This document shows, piece after piece, positions 1 to 9,293 of a stretch of DNA of 58,507 nt. The stretch's first letter is position 1. Each line of letters starts with the position of its first letter. This DNA is from an uncultured Candidatus Saccharibacteria bacterium (GTDB taxonomy: Bacteria > Patescibacteriota > Saccharimonadia > Saccharimonadales > Saccharimonadaceae). Location: NCBI GenBank assembly GCA_965242265.1, contig CBDERS010000043.1, positions 1 to 58,507 of the forward strand, in the 5' to 3' direction. Position numbers and translations under genes: made by a program. The notes under the pieces were generated by a model. That model was not told the origin of the DNA and made no database searches. It worked only from the letters and a program-made list of their open reading frames with translations.

Positions 1-32
1 TTTATCTGTTTTCCTAACTTTGCTATACCCAT
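1..32 (-). CDS. 5' end of a gene running off the window (identity not determinable; ftsH often follows tilS)
   Basis: ATG at 32 opening MGIAKLGKQI..., with an extended -10-like TGCTATCAT at 59-67 on the minus strand. Confidence 0.4.
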   Translation of the reverse strand, partial: MGIAKLGKQI

Positions 33-258
33 AATTGCTCTGACTCTTTATACTATAGATGATAGCATAGGTTGAATAGTAGCTGAGTGATACGTGGTGG
101 CTCCGTCCGTCGACGGCGTGGTCTTATTGCTTCAGCAGCTAAGCAGCCAGTTGATTACGTTGACTTGCCGCACCCCACGCCGAGAAACTTCTTCCGGATC
201 AAGTGTAATGAGGATCTTGGGATTATGATCCGGGATCTTGTCTAATAATGTAGCAGCA

Positions 259-300
259 AAAATGCGAAAACTTAGCAAAAACGAGAAGTTTTCGCATTTT
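259..300 (-). terminator. intrinsic terminator-like hairpin downstream of tilS
   Basis: perfect 15-bp inverted repeat AAAATGCGAAAACTT / AAGTTTTCGCATTTT with a 12-nt loop, ending in a T-run on the minus strand. Confidence 0.6.
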
Positions 301-316
301 CATCCGGTAAATATAG

Positions 317-1231
317 TCACATTTCCGGGTAAAAATAGACCCGATGCACATCCAGTCGGACATTGAGTCGCTTCCAGCTCAGCTGTTTGCTTGGCTTACC
401 CACCTTGATAAAGAGTAATAATTGACCGAGCTGCGGACGGGTGAGCCACCCCTTCGTCAACCGGTGAAGTATCTCTATGGCGACATCCGCCGGGAGCATG
501 ATCAGATCATAACGGCGCAGCACTAGCTGACCTTGCTTATCTCTAGTAATATGCCGAGTACAGCAATGTTCTAACTCTTGCTCAATCTGCCGGCGTAAAT
601 GCTTCTGCCTCTCATATAGCCGGATTAGTTCCGCTTTGTCGGTCGGTGACCGGCTAGCCAGCAAAGCCCGGAGACGATTGCGCAGATATCTCGGGCTGTC
701 ATTAGTCTGATCTTCTCGCCAGGCTAGACCATGCTCTATGGCATAGCTAACTAACTCTGCTTTAGCTATATCAAGGAGTGGTCGGAGTACTTGCGGCTGG
801 TTCATCGGCGCTAGTCCTCGCCAGCCCGTCCCTCGCACTATGTTAAGAGCGATGGTCTCGAGTAAATCATCCCGGTGATGCGCCGTCACTAAGTAAACCG
901 GCTCATCATCTCTCGCTATCGCCTCCGCCACCCGCCGAAAGAAATCATAACGACACTGACGAGCCACTGCCTCACCGGTAGCAGCAGTCAACTTACCGCA
1001 ACCGCATTGCACTACCACCCCGTAGTTATGGCACTGCTGCCGGACAAACTCGGCATCCTCAGCAGATACTTTTCCTCTGATACCATGGTCGTAATGTGCT
1101 ACTACAAAGTCTGCCGGAAATTGCGCTCCGCTAAGATATTTCTCCCGGAAGCCATGGTAGTTTGTCGCCACCATGTCCAGTAGCACCATTGAGTCTACTC
1201 CACCCGACACGGCCAGGAGATACTTAGTCAT
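317..1231 (-). CDS. tilS: tRNA(Ile)-lysidine synthase
   Basis: PP-loop AVSGGVDS, HYDHGIR, TAHHRDD-ET, RPLL, DQTN-RNRLR motifs. Confidence 0.95.
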   Translation of the reverse strand: MTKYLLAVSGGVDSMVLLDMVATNYHGFREKYLSGAQFPADFVVAHYDHGIRGKVSAEDAEFVRQQCHNYGVVVQCGCGKLTAATGEAVARQCRYDFFRRVAEAIARDDEPVYLVTAHHRDDLLETIALNIVRGTGWRGLAPMNQPQVLRPLLDIAKAELVSYAIEHGLAWREDQTNDSPRYLRNRLRALLASRSPTDKAELIRLYERQKHLRRQIEQELEHCCTRHITRDKQGQLVLRRYDLIMLPADVAIEILHRLTKGWLTRPQLGQLLLFIKVGKPSKQLSWKRLNVRLDVHRVYFYPEM

Positions 1232-1278
1232 AGCTGTATTTTACTATATTGCATTATCGATACTACATGGTCTAGCAC

Positions 1279-1307
1279 TTGACAATATAGCTTATGTTTG
1301 CTATTAT
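1279..1307 (+). promoter_or_regulatory. sigma70-type promoter
   Basis: TTGACA (1279-1284), 17-nt spacer ending in TGC, TATTAT (1302-1307). Confidence 0.75.
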
Positions 1308-1351
1308 CTTAGCAGTTGCAACAAATAAACAATCTAATAAAAGGACATCCG

Positions 1352-1489
1352 ATGAAGAAAATGAATCAACCAAGCACTCCCAACCAAACAGGGAGCTATA
1401 GCTGGAATCGACAACGCAGTAGCGCCGAGCTAACCAGCTTTATTCAGAAGAAGTTAGCTCAGCTCGCCACTGTCGAGCCGATAGACTGA
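1352..1489 (+). CDS. small hypothetical protein, 45 aa (MKKMNQPSTPNQTGSYSWNRQRSSAELTSFIQKKLAQLATVEPID)
   Basis: consensus promoter upstream, AAAGGA SD before the ATG, hairpin downstream; below the ORF track size cutoff. Confidence 0.6.
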   Translation: MKKMNQPSTPNQTGSYSWNRQRSSAELTSFIQKKLAQLATVEPID

Positions 1490-1514
1490 TATCATAGACA
1501 GCAAGTAAAATAGA

Positions 1515-1534
1515 AGCCCTCCGCTAGGAGGGCT
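1515..1534. terminator. hairpin, probably a bidirectional terminator between the small ORF and the tRNA pair
   Basis: AGCCCTCC-GCTA-GGAGGGCT with A/T-rich flanks. Confidence 0.7.
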
Positions 1535-1545
1535 AAATTATTCCT

Positions 1546-1623
1546 TGGTGGCGGGGGTTGGATTTGAACCAACGACCTCTTGGTTATGAGCCAAGCGAGC
1601 TGACCAGACTGCTCCACCCCGCG
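1546..1623 (-). tRNA. tRNA-fMet (CAU), initiator type
   Basis: CGCGGGG acceptor with C1:C72 mismatch, A11-U24 pair, anticodon loop CTCATAA, TTCAAAT T-loop, encoded CCA. Confidence 0.93.
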
Positions 1624-1642
1624 ATCAATTGTATAGTCCACT

Positions 1643-1719
1643 TGGTAGCACCGACTGGGCTCGAACCAGTGACCTCGGGCTTATGAGTCCCACGCTCTGA
1701 CCAGCTGAGCTACGGTGCC
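1643..1719 (-). tRNA. tRNA with CAU anticodon, most likely elongator tRNA-Met (Ile2 not excluded)
   Basis: GGCACCG...CGGTGCT-A-CCA cloverleaf, anticodon arm TGGGA-CTCATAA-GCCCG, GGTTCGAG T-arm. Confidence 0.9.
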
Positions 1720-1841
1720 GGACAAATACGTTAATTAGTATATCAGATATCTGTGATATGGCAAACTGAGCACAGGTTGTGTATAATCTTATTAGCCTGC
1801 GCAAAAATGACGCAGTTCGCACCTAAGGAGTTGTGATTAGA

Positions 1842-2075
1842 ATGTCAGAGCCTACAAGTGGAGATTCCGGTTGGGGACAGTTCGGCGATAGGTCGTGCTA
1901 TTAGGAGTCCCGTATGGACGGCAGTGGAAAAACCGATATATTCCCAGGCGGTATGCCAAAGTCCGGACATGATGACTCGCCACACGAGCACGTCGTTATT
2001 GATAATGATGGCTGTGTCCTATTTTGGCGAGCAGAGGACGGAGAAATCCTAGTAGACGGAGGAAAAGACAGGTAG
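1842..2075 (+). pseudogene. small acidic hypothetical ORF interrupted by an in-frame TAG at 1902-1904 (or a 53-aa ORF starting at 1914)
   Basis: TATAAT at 1782-1787 and TAAGGAG upstream of ATG 1842; the frame stays open after the TAG until 2075. Confidence 0.4.
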
Positions 2076-2156
2076 TCACAATCAACGGTTTATAGCTTCC
2101 GTTCAAAAAGCTATTTCACAGTACTCGTTTATACATTAGTTACATTAATCAGCGCA

Positions 2157-2531
2157 ATGGAATATCTTGACGTCATTAAGAAGTATCTCCCCGGCACGAT
2201 TAACGTCGTCAAACTCAACTCGTTTTCTTATGATCAACTTAATTTCACCCTGCTTAGAATTAATAATGGCTCTAAGCATCCCACCGAGGCTGTGTTATTC
2301 GACGGCGGAATAGCCGAGCCGTACACCGCTGACGACATTATCATGAGATTGACTGATGGACGAGACAGCACCGGCTGGTTTCGCTTAGACGGCGCCGGTA
2401 CAACCGATCAAATGATAGCCGACGACACTAGATACATCAGCCCCAATGGCTGGATCTACTTCTTAGCCTGTATTAATCATCCACCTTCTATCGGTACTTC
2501 ATCCAGCTCAACAGCAATTCCGCCTAGTTAG
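2157..2531 (+). CDS. hypothetical protein
   Basis: 124-aa ORF with globular composition, no family recognised. Confidence 0.5.
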   Translation: MEYLDVIKKYLPGTINVVKLNSFSYDQLNFTLLRINNGSKHPTEAVLFDGGIAEPYTADDIIMRLTDGRDSTGWFRLDGAGTTDQMIADDTRYISPNGWIYFLACINHPPSIGTSSSSTAIPPS

Positions 2532-2569
2532 ATTAGCAAGCATTATTTTTCATACCAGCCCACTACGCT

Positions 2570-3123
2570 CTAGGCTGTAGAGCTCCGCTTGGCAAGCCAC
2601 TCCTCTTTAGTGATGGCGTTCACGCACTCAGTCCGCTTCTCATGCATCAGCGGAACATCAGCTTCTTTATTACTCCACTGGTACTTGAATCCGGCTTTCT
2701 CCTGAAGACGCTTTGATCTATCGTTACCTTCGTAATAACAAGCCCATATCTTATTCATGCCAATGTCTTCAAAGGCATGTCGCATCACTTCCTCTAAGGC
2801 TTCTGACATTAAGCCTTGACCCCAAAAAGGCTTGCCGATCCAACAACCGACTTCGCATTCATCATCTCTCTTGACTATATCGCTATGCTTTAGCTTCAGT
2901 TTAATATCCCCAATGGCTTTGTCGTCTTCCTGTAGGCAGACCGCATACGACTCCTTCCCAATTAGCACATTCTTAATAATGTTAAGGCTCTCTGCGATAT
3001 CCCGATGTGGTGGCCATCCGCAACTCTCGGTCCTACATCGGGGTCACTAGCATATTTATATAGATCATCCGCATCACTTTCTTTCCAGTTACGCAAGATT
3101 AACCTGTTTGTTCTTAGCACCAT
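2570..3123 (-). pseudogene. frameshifted RimJ/RimL-like GNAT N-acetyltransferase
   Basis: N-terminus [32 protein letters not shown] from ATG 3123 is in a different frame from [22 protein letters not shown]...EVGCWIGKPFWGQGLMSEA...N-RS-RLQEKAGF; apparent 2-nt AG duplication near 3024-3028. Confidence 0.85.
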
Positions 3124-3311
3124 AGTAAACTTCCTTTCTTACTCTAACTACTTGTTAATATAGTACTCCAGTATCCTGATATCTCTCAAAGCCATAAACT
3201 TCGTCCTGTAGACAGAATCGTATTGTGAAGCTTCGCTCTATAATACTCCTTATAGCACTCATTACACAAAAATGCATTTTTGCAATAATGTGTAACGAGG
3301 AGATCGTTGCG

Positions 3312-4799
3312 CTATTTAGCGTACTCTATCGCTCTGGTCTCTCGGATAACGTTGACCTTGATCGTACCCGGGTACTGCATGGTCGATTCAATCTTATTAG
3401 CGATATCTCGGGCTAACTTGACCGACGACAGATCATCAATCTTCTCAGGGCTGACCATCACCCTGATCTCCCGCCCGGCTGAAATAGCATAGGCTTTATC
3501 GATACCATCAAATGATGTAGCGATATTCTCCAGATCTTTCATCCGCTCGGCAAAGTTCTCCGAGCTGACATTACGAGCCCCCGGCCTGGCACCTGACATA
3601 GCATCACAGACCCGAACGATAATTGCCTCCGGCGTAGTCGCCTCGATATCGTCATGGTGTGCCTCTATAGCATGAGCGATCCGCTCGTCCATACCGTATT
3701 TACGAGCCAGCGCTGCCCCGATATGGTGGTGCTTACCCTCTATCCGGTGGGTTACCGCCTTACCCACATCATGGAGCAAAGCAGCTGTCTTACTGATGCG
3801 CACATCGGCGCCGATCTCTTCAGCGATCATCCCGGCCAGCTGAGCCATCTCGATAGAATGCTTGAGAACATTCTGCCCATAGCTGGTACGAAACTTCAGC
3901 TCGCCCAGTAAGTGCACCATCTCTGTCGGGATGCCAACTACACCGGCTTCCCGAGCAGCGTCCTCGCCGGCTCGTTGAACTTCTTTATCAATCTGGCGCT
4001 CCGCCTTGGCTACGACCTCCTCAATCCGAGCCGGATGAATCCGACCGTCTTTCATCAGCATCTCTAATGACAGGCGAGCAATCTGGCGTCGCACCGGGTC
4101 AAACGAGCTTAATACCACCATGCCCGGTGTATCGTCGACCAAGATATCCACCCCGGTAGCTCGTTGTAGAGCCTGGATATTGCGCCCCTCTTTACCGATG
4201 ATACGCCCCTTCATCTCATCGTCAGGTAGCTCAATCGCCGTGATAGTCCGCTCTGCTGTTACATCAGAGGCGAGGCGCTCCATCGCCGTCACGATGATCA
4301 TCTCAGCCCGCTGTTCGGCATCGCTCTCAGCATCTCGCTGTAGCTTATCGACCAGCTCGACCAGGTCACCCTTAGTCTCTTTCTCAGTTGCTTTCATCAG
4401 TTTCTCAGCCGCCTGTTTCTTGGTCAGCCCGGCGATCTTCTCCAGCTTGGAATGAGCCTGCTCTTTGATCTGGATAATTTCACCCTTCAAGTCCTCTATC
4501 TCCTGCTCGCTCTGACGTAGCTTCTCCGACCTGGTGTCCAGCTCACTGATCTTATTGATCAACGAGTGCTCTCGCTCCGCCACCTTATCTTCAGCCTTCT
4601 TCACCTCACGACGAATATCGTCAGCTTCTTTCTTGGCCGAACGACTGGCATTGAGGATGATTTCACTAGCCTTATTCTTAGCATCGGCAATCATCTGGTC
4701 AACAGTCGTCTCCGCCTTAGCGTTACGAGACTTAGCGACAGCCAGAGCTACTCCGCCACCAATAGCAAACGCCACTAGGGCGATCAGTACATATATCAT
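3312..4799 (-). CDS. rny: ribonuclease Y
   Basis: N-terminal TM, coiled coil, KH domain (MKGRIIGKEGRNI), HD domain (RTSYGQNVLKHS, LLHDVGK). Confidence 0.97.
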   Translation of the reverse strand: MIYVLIALVAFAIGGGVALAVAKSRNAKAETTVDQMIADAKNKASEIILNASRSAKKEADDIRREVKKAEDKVAEREHSLINKISELDTRSEKLRQSEQEIEDLKGEIIQIKEQAHSKLEKIAGLTKKQAAEKLMKATEKETKGDLVELVDKLQRDAESDAEQRAEMIIVTAMERLASDVTAERTITAIELPDDEMKGRIIGKEGRNIQALQRATGVDILVDDTPGMVVLSSFDPVRRQIARLSLEMLMKDGRIHPARIEEVVAKAERQIDKEVQRAGEDAAREAGVVGIPTEMVHLLGELKFRTSYGQNVLKHSIEMAQLAGMIAEEIGADVRISKTAALLHDVGKAVTHRIEGKHHHIGAALARKYGMDERIAHAIEAHHDDIEATTPEAIIVRVCDAMSGARPGARNVSSENFAERMKDLENIATSFDGIDKAYAISAGREIRVMVSPEKIDDLSSVKLARDIANKIESTMQYPGTIKVNVIRETRAIEYAK

Positions 4800-4980
4800 A
4801 TTGCTTCCTTTCCGGTTCTAGCCAAGGCTAGAAATATACATCAGATTTAATCACTTAGTTCATGCGGTAAAAAGTCTACCTACGTTAATTGTAGCATACA
4901 TGGTCCGGCAGACCGGGTTCTTTAGCTGCTTAAATCAAATTAGTCAACGAATATTTTAGCTAAGGTAGGCTGATCACTAT

Positions 4981-5364
4981 TTATTTCTTTGCTGAAGTGA
5001 TGTGCGGTCTCGCCCCGTAAGTCGGCAGGACGATTTTGTCGTTATCACCTGCTCGTAAGCGCCTGACCCCACCGGCTCGCCATTCATCCCCGGTAGTACC
5101 TACTATGTTAATCTGCTGAGCATAGGCGATGGCATTGGCCACAGCAGCTCCGATCCGTAGTCCGGTAAAAGATCCCGGCCCCTTAAAGACAATTATTCCT
5201 TTTAGTTCCTCGTATTTACCACCGAGCAAAGCGTCTATCTCACCCGGTAGATCCCGGGCCAGTTCCCGATCAGCCAGCCAGATCTTTTGCTTCGCTATTT
5301 CACCATCACTAGCCAGTAGATATAACTCCACTTCGGCTTGGTCAGTCTTTAGTGCCAGATACAT
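4981..5364 (-). CDS. tsaB: t6A biosynthesis protein TsaB (short form)
   Basis: GPGSFTGLRIG motif; start placed at the second ATG, 6 nt after TGGTAAAAT. Confidence 0.9.
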   Translation of the reverse strand: MYLALKTDQAEVELYLLASDGEIAKQKIWLADRELARDLPGEIDALLGGKYEELKGIIVFKGPGSFTGLRIGAAVANAIAYAQQINIVGTTGDEWRAGGVRRLRAGDNDKIVLPTYGARPHITSAKK

Positions 5365-5421
5365 GGTCATATTTTACCACGAGGCCATGCTATAATTTAA
5401 TTAATTACTAGAGGAGGATAG

Positions 5422-6459
5422 ATGGCGAAGAAGGAAAGTAAGACGATGGCAAAGAAATCAGCCGACGATAGCGGTAGAAAGGAGGCGCTGGATCTAGCCG
5501 TTAGTCAGATTAGCAAGCAATTCGGCGATGGCTCAATCATGAAGCTAGGTGACGCCTATAAGATCAATGTCGAAACCTCACCATCAGGCACTCTGTCGCT
5601 AGACTTAGCCCTAGGTGGTGGCTATCCCAGAGGGCGCATTATTGAGATATATGGCCCTGAGTCGTCCGGCAAAACTACCCTAGCCCTGCATGCCGTAGCT
5701 GAGATTCAGAAAGCCGGTGGTACCGCCGCTTTCATCGACGCCGAGCATGCTCTTGACCCACAATACGCCGGTCGCCTGGGCGTCAATATTAACGACCTAC
5801 TGGTCAGCCAACCCGACAATGGCGAACAAGCTCTAGAGATAGTCGAGACTTTGGTTCGTTCCAACGCCGTCGATGTGATAGTGCTGGATAGCGTCGCCGC
5901 TCTAGTACCTCAGGCGGAAATTGACGGTGATATGGGTGATAGCCTGCCCGGACTCCAGGCTCGATTAATGTCGCAAGCTCTCCGCAAGTTAACCGGCATC
6001 ATCAATAAGAGTAAGGCAACGGTCATCTTCATCAACCAGATTCGGATGAAGATCGGCGTCATGTTTGGCAATCCCGAGACAACCACCGGCGGTAATGCCC
6101 TCAAGTTCTACGCCTCACAACGCCTCGATATCCGTCGGATCGGTCAGATCAAGCAGGGCGACGACGTGATCGGCAACCGAGTCAGGGTCAAAATCGTCAA
6201 AAACAAGATTGCCCCGCCATTTCGCCAGGCAGAGTTTGACATCATGTATAACGAAGGCATTTCTACCACCGGTGATGTTTTAGACTTGGCAGTCATGCAC
6301 GATATCGTTCAGAAGTCGGGTGCTTTTTATAAATATAATGACGAGACGATTGGGCAAGGTCGTGAGGCAGCTAAAAAATATCTTAAAGACAACCCCGATA
6401 AATTAGCCGAGATTGACGGCAAAGTTCGCCAATCAGTCGCCGACAAAGAGAATCTCTGA
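5422..6459 (+). CDS. recA: recombinase RecA
   Basis: [48 protein letters not shown] promoter (5388-5396) and GAGGAGG SD. Confidence 0.99.
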   Translation: MAKKESKTMAKKSADDSGRKEALDLAVSQISKQFGDGSIMKLGDAYKINVETSPSGTLSLDLALGGGYPRGRIIEIYGPESSGKTTLALHAVAEIQKAGGTAAFIDAEHALDPQYAGRLGVNINDLLVSQPDNGEQALEIVETLVRSNAVDVIVLDSVAALVPQAEIDGDMGDSLPGLQARLMSQALRKLTGIINKSKATVIFINQIRMKIGVMFGNPETTTGGNALKFYASQRLDIRRIGQIKQGDDVIGNRVRVKIVKNKIAPPFRQAEFDIMYNEGISTTGDVLDLAVMHDIVQKSGAFYKYNDETIGQGREAAKKYLKDNPDKLAEIDGKVRQSVADKENL

Positions 6460-6472
6460 GCTTACCTGGCCT

Positions 6473-7093
6473 ATGCGCATCACCAAGGTCGCCCCAGCCG
6501 CCGGAACTGCCGGTCGCTATAATATCTTCGTCGACGGTCATTACAGCTTTAGCCTAGACGAATTTCAGCTGGTCCAGCATAGCCTCCATAGTGGACAGGA
6601 AATCGACGAGACTAAGCTGGCTGAGCTTCAAGCTGAGTCGGACTTTGGTAAGAATTACATCAGGGCAGTCGATCTGATCAGCCGGCGACTCCGCTCCGAG
6701 CGGGAGATCCGAGATTATGCCGGACACAAGCAGTGGAGTAAGGATAATACCGAACGGGTCATTGCTCGTCTATATGATAGAGGCTATCTGAATGATTCGG
6801 TTTTCGCTCGGGCTTTCGTTCGGTCTCGCCGGTCTACCCGGAAATATTCCCGCCGTCGAATCGAGCGAGATCTGGTCAATAAAGGTATTAGTCACCGGAT
6901 TATTCAGCAAGTCTTAGACGAGGGAGCCGGCATGGCTGATGATAATGACGCCTTGGCTAATCTGGTCGCTAAGAAGTATCATCGCTATGATGATATCAAC
7001 AAGCTCAAAGCCTATCTAGCTAGAGCCGGCTTCAGATACGACGACATCAACAAAGCAATTGAGCGGTACCGTGAACAGCAAAACACCTCATAA
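6473..7093 (+). CDS. recX: regulatory protein RecX
   Basis: directly after recA; RLRSEREIR, GYLNDSVFA, LARAGF repeats; start moved to ATG 6473. Confidence 0.9.
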   Translation: MRITKVAPAAGTAGRYNIFVDGHYSFSLDEFQLVQHSLHSGQEIDETKLAELQAESDFGKNYIRAVDLISRRLRSEREIRDYAGHKQWSKDNTERVIARLYDRGYLNDSVFARAFVRSRRSTRKYSRRRIERDLVNKGISHRIIQQVLDEGAGMADDNDALANLVAKKYHRYDDINKLKAYLARAGFRYDDINKAIERYREQQNTS

Positions 7094-7117
7094 CTCTTAT
7101 GCTAAAATATATCCAGT

Positions 7118-7723
7118 ATGTTAGTTGGGATTAATCATCTAATTGGGGCACCGGTGATGAGTCTGCAGATCGGGCAGCCTCTAGCCCGTCTCGATAGCCC
7201 GATCATCAACCCCCGTAATCTACGGATCGTTGCCTTTTACGTCAGTGGTCCGAAAGTAGATTTCAAGCCGGCCGTAGTCTTCACCGACGATATCCGAGAG
7301 TTTAGCGAGATCGGCGCCATCGTTGATTCGTCAGACAATGTCCTGTCGCCCGAGGGGATGGTACGCCTGCTGGAAGTGATCAATTATAATTTTCTCCTCA
7401 CAGGGCTACCCGTATCAGACGATCATCACCAGAAGATAGGTAAAGTAGATAGCTTTACCGTCGACCCGGTTAATTTTATGATTCGTCAGCTCTACGTCAA
7501 GCCGACCCTACTGCAAAGGTTCTTGGTGGCTAATGTGGTGATTAACCGCCAGCAAATTATCAAGATTGAGCCGAAACGAATTATCGTCAAGGCTCCCACA
7601 GTCCAGCAGAAACAAGCTTCGCCCGGTAGCGAGGGTTCACACTTCCTCGACCCCAAGCTGGACAATCCCTTCCGCAAGAAACCGACTCCCAGTCCGAACC
7701 AGGCTAGGTCGGATGACAACTAG
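7118..7723 (+). CDS. tandem PRC-barrel domain protein
   Basis: two units of LIGAPV/LTGLPV...G.V....(I/V)(N/D)P....I...YV. Confidence 0.75.
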   Translation: MLVGINHLIGAPVMSLQIGQPLARLDSPIINPRNLRIVAFYVSGPKVDFKPAVVFTDDIREFSEIGAIVDSSDNVLSPEGMVRLLEVINYNFLLTGLPVSDDHHQKIGKVDSFTVDPVNFMIRQLYVKPTLLQRFLVANVVINRQQIIKIEPKRIIVKAPTVQQKQASPGSEGSHFLDPKLDNPFRKKPTPSPNQARSDDN

Positions 7724-7746
7724 CTAATCTCTGCTACAATATAGCC

Positions 7747-8616
7747 ATGGATGAGATGATCGCTCATTATGTGCATAGCTTGATCAAGTGGTTTAATGAT
7801 CTAAACTCGGTTCAGATCCTAGTGACAATTGTCGTCGCTTATCTGTTATGTAAAGCAACTCGACCTCTGGCTCACACCATCATCAACCGTTTCGTTAAGG
7901 CACAGCGATATGAAACAAATCTAAATAAGATCGAGCGACAAAAACGAGCCAAGACTTTAGCCGATCTCTTCTCTTTTATCATTAAGCTAATGATCATTCT
8001 GACGGCTATCTACACCGTCTTAACTGATATGGGGATTAACCTGGCGCCGGTCATCGCTTCAGCCGGAGTGATTGGCGTGGCACTCGGCTTTGGTGCTCAG
8101 GCGGTCGTTAAAGATATGCTGGCCGGATTCCTGATCGTACTGGAAAATCAGTACCGGGTTGACGACGTGGTGCGCCTGTCCGGGGTCGGCTTCCCCAGCA
8201 TCCCGGTCGAGGGAACGGTTCGATCTATCACCCTGCGCAAGACTACTCTGAGGGATCGGGACGGCAATGTTCACATCGTCCCCAACGGCTCTATCACCGA
8301 GGTCATTAACCGCACTTTAGGTTACTCTAAGTTTCGTTTCACCTTTGCCGTCGATGTCGGCACTAATGTTGACGATATTATCAAAGTGGTTAATCAGACA
8401 GGAGAGGACATGGCTCGTGATCGTACCTGGAGTAAAGCCATCGTCGACGCCCCGCATTACGACGAGTTCGGTACGATTGGTAAGGAAGGTATCAATGTGA
8501 CCGTCAGCGGCACTACCATGCCCGGCTACCAGTGGAAGGTTAGTGCTGAGTTTCGCAAACGCCTAGTCTCTAATCTACAGAAGTCCGATATCTCGATCGC
8601 CGACCTTGAGGGATGA
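7747..8616 (+). CDS. mscS: small-conductance mechanosensitive channel
   Basis: TM helices, ALGFGAQAVVKDMLAG, GTVRSITLRKTTLR, VPNG. Confidence 0.92.
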   Translation: MDEMIAHYVHSLIKWFNDLNSVQILVTIVVAYLLCKATRPLAHTIINRFVKAQRYETNLNKIERQKRAKTLADLFSFIIKLMIILTAIYTVLTDMGINLAPVIASAGVIGVALGFGAQAVVKDMLAGFLIVLENQYRVDDVVRLSGVGFPSIPVEGTVRSITLRKTTLRDRDGNVHIVPNGSITEVINRTLGYSKFRFTFAVDVGTNVDDIIKVVNQTGEDMARDRTWSKAIVDAPHYDEFGTIGKEGINVTVSGTTMPGYQWKVSAEFRKRLVSNLQKSDISIADLEG

Positions 8617-9293
8617 TGAATATCGACCCCTCCTTAGAGCCCGACAACTATATCATCACCAGGAAGCGTAAACTATATAAGTTCGCCTCTTTTGCAAGAC
8701 TGGCTAATTGTTATAGCGAGACCGAGTGGCAGGAAGCCAAGCAGTCTATCCTACACAACTCACTACCGGTCACCCTGGAGGTTGGTGCCGGTGATGGACT
8801 ATTTCTGACTAAGCTTGCCGAGGCTCATCCCGAACAGCAGTTTATCGCTCTAGACCGCAAGAGTGATCGGCTATACCGTGGCGCTAAGTTAGCTAATGAG
8901 TCAAAGCTTACTAACATCCTTTATCTCTGGTCAAATGCCGATAATCTCCGACGTCTCCTGCCCGATCAGCTGATCCAAACAATCTGGCTAACCTTCCCTG
9001 ACCCCTGGCCACAAGAATCAAATATCAAGCATCGCCTGACTAATCGACAACACCTCCTCAGCTATCATCAGCTACTGGCACCTAATGGTCGACTCAAGCT
9101 GAAGACCGATAACGACAATTTATTTGACTGGTCGGTTCAGCAGTTCACTACGGAAAAGTGGCAGATTGACCGGATAAGTCATGATCTATACGGCGATAAG
9201 ATAACCGGTGACTCTACCGTCAAGACCACTTACGAAGAACGCTATCTGGCCGAAGGCAAGAAGATTAATTACCTAGCTGCCGGTAAAATCTAA
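8613..9293 (+). CDS. trmB: tRNA (guanine-N7)-methyltransferase
   Basis: LEVGAGDG, FPDPWP, KHRL, KTDN, TTYEER. Confidence 0.93.
   Translation: MMNIDPSLEPDNYIITRKRKLYKFASFARLANCYSETEWQEAKQSILHNSLPVTLEVGAGDGLFLTKLAEAHPEQQFIALDRKSDRLYRGAKLANESKLTNILYLWSNADNLRRLLPDQLIQTIWLTFPDPWPQESNIKHRLTNRQHLLSYHQLLAPNGRLKLKTDNDNLFDWSVQQFTTEKWQIDRISHDLYGDKITGDSTVKTTYEERYLAEGKKINYLAAGKI

Noticed and set aside
87..245. 52-aa GTG-start ORF (VIRGGSVRRRRG...) or ncRNA in the gap after tilS
   Set aside because: No SD, no recognisable family and no convincing fold; cannot be supported from sequence alone
1643..1719. tRNA as the TilS substrate tRNA-Ile2, or as defective because of the A31-G39 mismatch
   Set aside because: Proximity to tilS is not evidence of identity, and I recall the GGGACTCATAAGCC arm from ordinary elongator tRNA-Met genes; needs an isotype model
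1625..1822. ORF-track ORFs overlapping tRNAs (also 57557-57754 and the 5' extension to 58402)
   Set aside because: They are read through tRNA genes and are spurious
4800..4980. 6S RNA upstream of rny
   Set aside because: Only short scattered stems; no long rod with a central bubble is evident
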